From an uncultured Clostridium sp. (GTDB taxonomy: Bacteria > Bacillota > Clostridia > Lachnospirales > Lachnospiraceae): DNA of 64,000 nt. The position numbers were made by a program, and so were the translations under genes. Below the pieces are notes generated by a model. The model was not told the DNA's origin and did not search any database. It worked only from the letters and a program-made list of their open reading frames with translations. The stretch is taken from positions 14,178 to 78,177 of the forward strand of contig UQFC01000001.1 of the NCBI GenBank assembly GCA_900540335.1, written 5' to 3'. Positions 61,974 through 64,000 of this stretch are shown here, one piece after another; position 1 is the stretch's first letter, and every line of letters begins with the position of its first letter.

Positions 61974-62531
61974 ATGTCACTGATTGAGCTTTTCATCATT
62001 GCCGTAGGACTGTCCATGGATGCCTTTGCCGTTTCCATCTGCAAGGGACTGTCCATGCGCACCATGAGTCTGAAAAATGCCGTGATTGTCGGCCTTTATT
62101 TCGGCGGATTTCAGGGTCTGATGCCGCTGATTGGCTATTTTCTCGGCATTCGATTTCAGCAGGCCATCACTTCCTACGACCACTGGATTGCCTTCATCCT
62201 TCTGGGAATCATCGGTATCAGCATGATACGGGAAGCCCTGTCCGAGGAGGAGGAATCCTGCAATGCCTCCCTGGCCGCCGGCGATATGCTGATTCTGGCT
62301 GTTGCCACCAGCATTGACGCTCTGGCCGTTGGCGTTACCTTTGCATTTCTTCAGGTAGACATCCTTCCTGCCATCTCCTTTATCGGCTGCACCACATTTA
62401 TCCTGTCCGGCATCGGCGTAAAGGTGGGAACTGTTTTCGGATGCCGGTATAAGGCAAAGGCTGAAATTTTTGGCGGAACTGTTCTGATTCTTATGGGCTG
62501 TAAAATATTAATCGAGCATCTGTTTTTTTAA
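61974..62531 (+). CDS. mntP: Manganese efflux pump MntP
   Basis: It has a 6-transmembrane MntP/YebN fold with DAFAVS motifs. I placed the start at the ATG at 61974, which follows GGAGG. Confidence 0.85.
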   Translation: MSLIELFIIAVGLSMDAFAVSICKGLSMRTMSLKNAVIVGLYFGGFQGLMPLIGYFLGIRFQQAITSYDHWIAFILLGIIGISMIREALSEEEESCNASLAAGDMLILAVATSIDALAVGVTFAFLQVDILPAISFIGCTTFILSGIGVKVGTVFGCRYKAKAEIFGGTVLILMGCKILIEHLFF

Positions 62532-62540
62532 CAGATGCTC
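62502..62540. terminator. Bidirectional intrinsic terminator between mntP and the PHP phosphatase gene
   Basis: ATCGAGCATCTG-TTTTTTTA-ACAGATGCTCGAT is flanked by T-runs on both strands. Confidence 0.75.
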
Positions 62541-62588
62541 GATTTTTTTATGTCATAGGAAAGTGCGTCCTATGACATAAAAACGCTT

Positions 62589-63404
62589 CTACAGCTCTAT
62601 CTCCCGGAATCCTCCTCCCGGCTTCAGCACGCTTACCCGGCGGAATCCGCAGTCCCAGGCAAGCTTCTGCGCCAGTTGAAAACTTCCGCAGATATGCTCG
62701 GTACTATGGCTGTCAGAATTAATAATAATCCTTCCTCCCATCCGGCAAAGCTCCCTCAGAAGAATGGAAGACGGATAGGGCGCTGTCCTGTATTTCCGCC
62801 CTATGGCCCCGGTATTGATTTCAAAAGGAACCTCTGCCTGCTGCAGATATTTCATGGCTGCCAGAGCCGGCTCCAGATAGTCATCGCAGGTTTCATCAAA
62901 ATACTTTCCGTCTTCGTTAAATTTCGTCAGCAGATCAAAATGTCCAATCCAGGTACACCTGGTTCTGTCCCATACCGTCGCTTCCAGCTCATAATAATCC
63001 CGGATAAAGGCGTACCAGTCGCCTTTCCAGAGACGATCCACTGCCTCTGTCAGCTTCTCCTCCGTATCATCTACAGAAATAAACTCTCCGTTTTTTTCTA
63101 CACAGTGAGTAGAACCTATGGAATACTCTGCCTGCTGAACCGGCCCCAGACAGTCCAGCTCAATTCCAATATAAAGATTCATTTTCCCCCGGTATTCCTC
63201 ACGAAGCAGCTCCAGCTCTCTTCTGTATTCCTCCAGCGCCCGGTCATTCATTCCGAAACCGGGTTCACAGAAAGAATAATCTCCGTGTCCGGAAATGCCG
63301 AAATCCGTCAGTCCCCTCCGAAAAGCGGCCTCTGTCATCTGGCGTGGTGTATTTTTCCCATCGCAGAATGTTGTATGCGTATGGAAATCTGCTCTCAGAT
63401 TCAT
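62589..63404 (-). CDS. hisK: Histidinol-phosphatase, PHP family (HisK/HisJ-like)
   Basis: The 271-aa ORF has the PHP metal-binding motifs (HTHTTFCDG ... SDSHS). Confidence 0.8.
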   Translation of the reverse strand: MNLRADFHTHTTFCDGKNTPRQMTEAAFRRGLTDFGISGHGDYSFCEPGFGMNDRALEEYRRELELLREEYRGKMNLYIGIELDCLGPVQQAEYSIGSTHCVEKNGEFISVDDTEEKLTEAVDRLWKGDWYAFIRDYYELEATVWDRTRCTWIGHFDLLTKFNEDGKYFDETCDDYLEPALAAMKYLQQAEVPFEINTGAIGRKYRTAPYPSSILLRELCRMGGRIIINSDSHSTEHICGSFQLAQKLAWDCGFRRVSVLKPGGGFREIEL

Positions 63405-63466
63405 AACTTTCTCCTTCAGACGCCAGCGGTTCCCGTACTGCCTCCGCTGTCCGTCTTTTTATCCTT

Positions 63467-64000
63467 TTATTCCTGAAAATGGAAAATCACATAAGGAGCC
63501 GTAACGGGATTTACCTTTATTGTGATTTCTTTGATATGAGGAACCTGGTATCCGGCAATCCTGCCGTCCTTCAAATCAGCAAGAATCTGATCCTTTGCTT
63601 CCATCCAGATCCCCAGATCTCCATGATACCATGTTTCCAGAAGAAGATCACCCTGAATCCGCAGATTTGAGTTTTCTTCTGCCGCGGTTTCCTCCGGCTC
63701 GCTCTCCTCTGCCGTGGTTTCCTCTGCTGTGGTTTCTTCTGCCGCAGTCTCCTCCGGCTCGCTCTCTTCAGTCAAACTCTCTTCCACATTCCGGGGCCTG
63801 AATATCAGCTCCGGCTCTATGGTTTCCGGCAGATAGGTGATCTCATAGCGGATCACATTTTCCGGAACGGAAGCATCAGTTTCTATCCCTGCTGTCTCCC
63901 TTCCCCCGTACCAGGAGGGATGAAGGCGAATTGCCCCAAGCTCCGGGTCAAATGTATAGTCAAAATTCTCTGTTACCAGCTTCTCTTCTCCAAGGGTTCT
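63467..64000 (-). CDS. Hypothetical protein with an acidic (EESEPEETAAEETTAEE) repeat; 5'-partial, continues beyond the window end
   Basis: The frame stays open from 63467 to 64000 with no stop. The ORF-track start is an internal GTG. The acidic repeat is encoded by DNA repeats at 63660-63770. Confidence 0.5.
   Translation of the reverse strand, partial: RTLGEEKLVTENFDYTFDPELGAIRLHPSWYGGRETAGIETDASVPENVIRYEITYLPETIEPELIFRPRNVEESLTEESEPEETAAEETTAEETTAEESEPEETAAEENSNLRIQGDLLLETWYHGDLGIWMEAKDQILADLKDGRIAGYQVPHIKEITIKVNPVTAPYVIFHFQE

Overview
This 64-kb window is a chromosomal segment from a Clostridia-type Firmicute, most likely a Lachnospiraceae-like gut anaerobe. Gene content and order support this: it has rnfCDGEAB, hrcA-grpE-dnaK-dnaJ with a CIRCE operator, NrdR, YlmC/YmxH, and a yesOPQRST-like pectin locus. 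It uses genetic code 11, and TGA is an ordinary stop. Coding density is high and mostly on the minus strand. There are no tRNA or rRNA genes, no CRISPR array, and no transposase, integrase or phage genes. The window reads as core chromosome with metabolic islands rather than as a mobile or defence island.

Annotated in order:
- aroQ, aroK, a YqeG-like HAD phosphatase, nrdR, ylmC, and a DUF4190 protein
- a metNIQ methionine ABC transporter (here the gene order is metN-metI-metQ)
- a MarR-MATE efflux pair
- an AlkD-like protein, a PAP2 phosphatase, threonine aldolase, a DUF2812 membrane protein, and a second MATE transporter
- a roughly 15-kb rhamnogalacturonan/pectin utilisation locus: GH28, GH105, a roughly 1050-aa glycoside hydrolase, an ABC sugar transporter, a YesS-like AraC regulator, and an SGNH acetylesterase
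- the Rnf complex operon
- an MFS (OFA family) transporter, SDR oxidoreductase, LysR regulator and acetyltransferase cluster
- an NSS transporter
- the hrcA-grpE-dnaK-dnaJ operon
- two tandem 3D-domain cell-wall proteins
- argH, yfhO, gtrA and crr
- a TRAP transporter (dctPQM) with a YesMN-like two-component system
- an aminotransferase, a third MATE transporter, mntP, and a PHP histidinol phosphatase

Features the gene calls do not explain:
- a 32-codon leader peptide with 11 methionine codons, followed by an intrinsic terminator, directly upstream of metNIQ (5943-6326). This looks like ribosome-mediated attenuation and would replace the usual S-box, for which I saw no recognisable core.
- a roughly 1.1-kb noncoding gap carrying an 8 x 51-bp tandem repeat (46770-47179) and an 11-bp periodic repeat (47550-47668).
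- a YesN-like response regulator interrupted by a single in-frame TGA (56997-56999), with four 32-bp direct repeats at its 3' end that look like its operator (56308-56435).
- a conserved roughly 36-nt hairpin element present twice (6015-6052 and 62545-62580).
- an RnfE with a Cys-containing, Ala/Lys-rich C-terminal extension encoded by a DNA tandem repeat.
- a riboswitch-like leader of roughly 220 nt upstream of a 3D-domain gene (45545-45799).

For several minus-strand genes I moved the start downstream of the ORF-track start to an ATG with a good ribosome-binding site (RBS). Those starts are approximate to within a codon or two.
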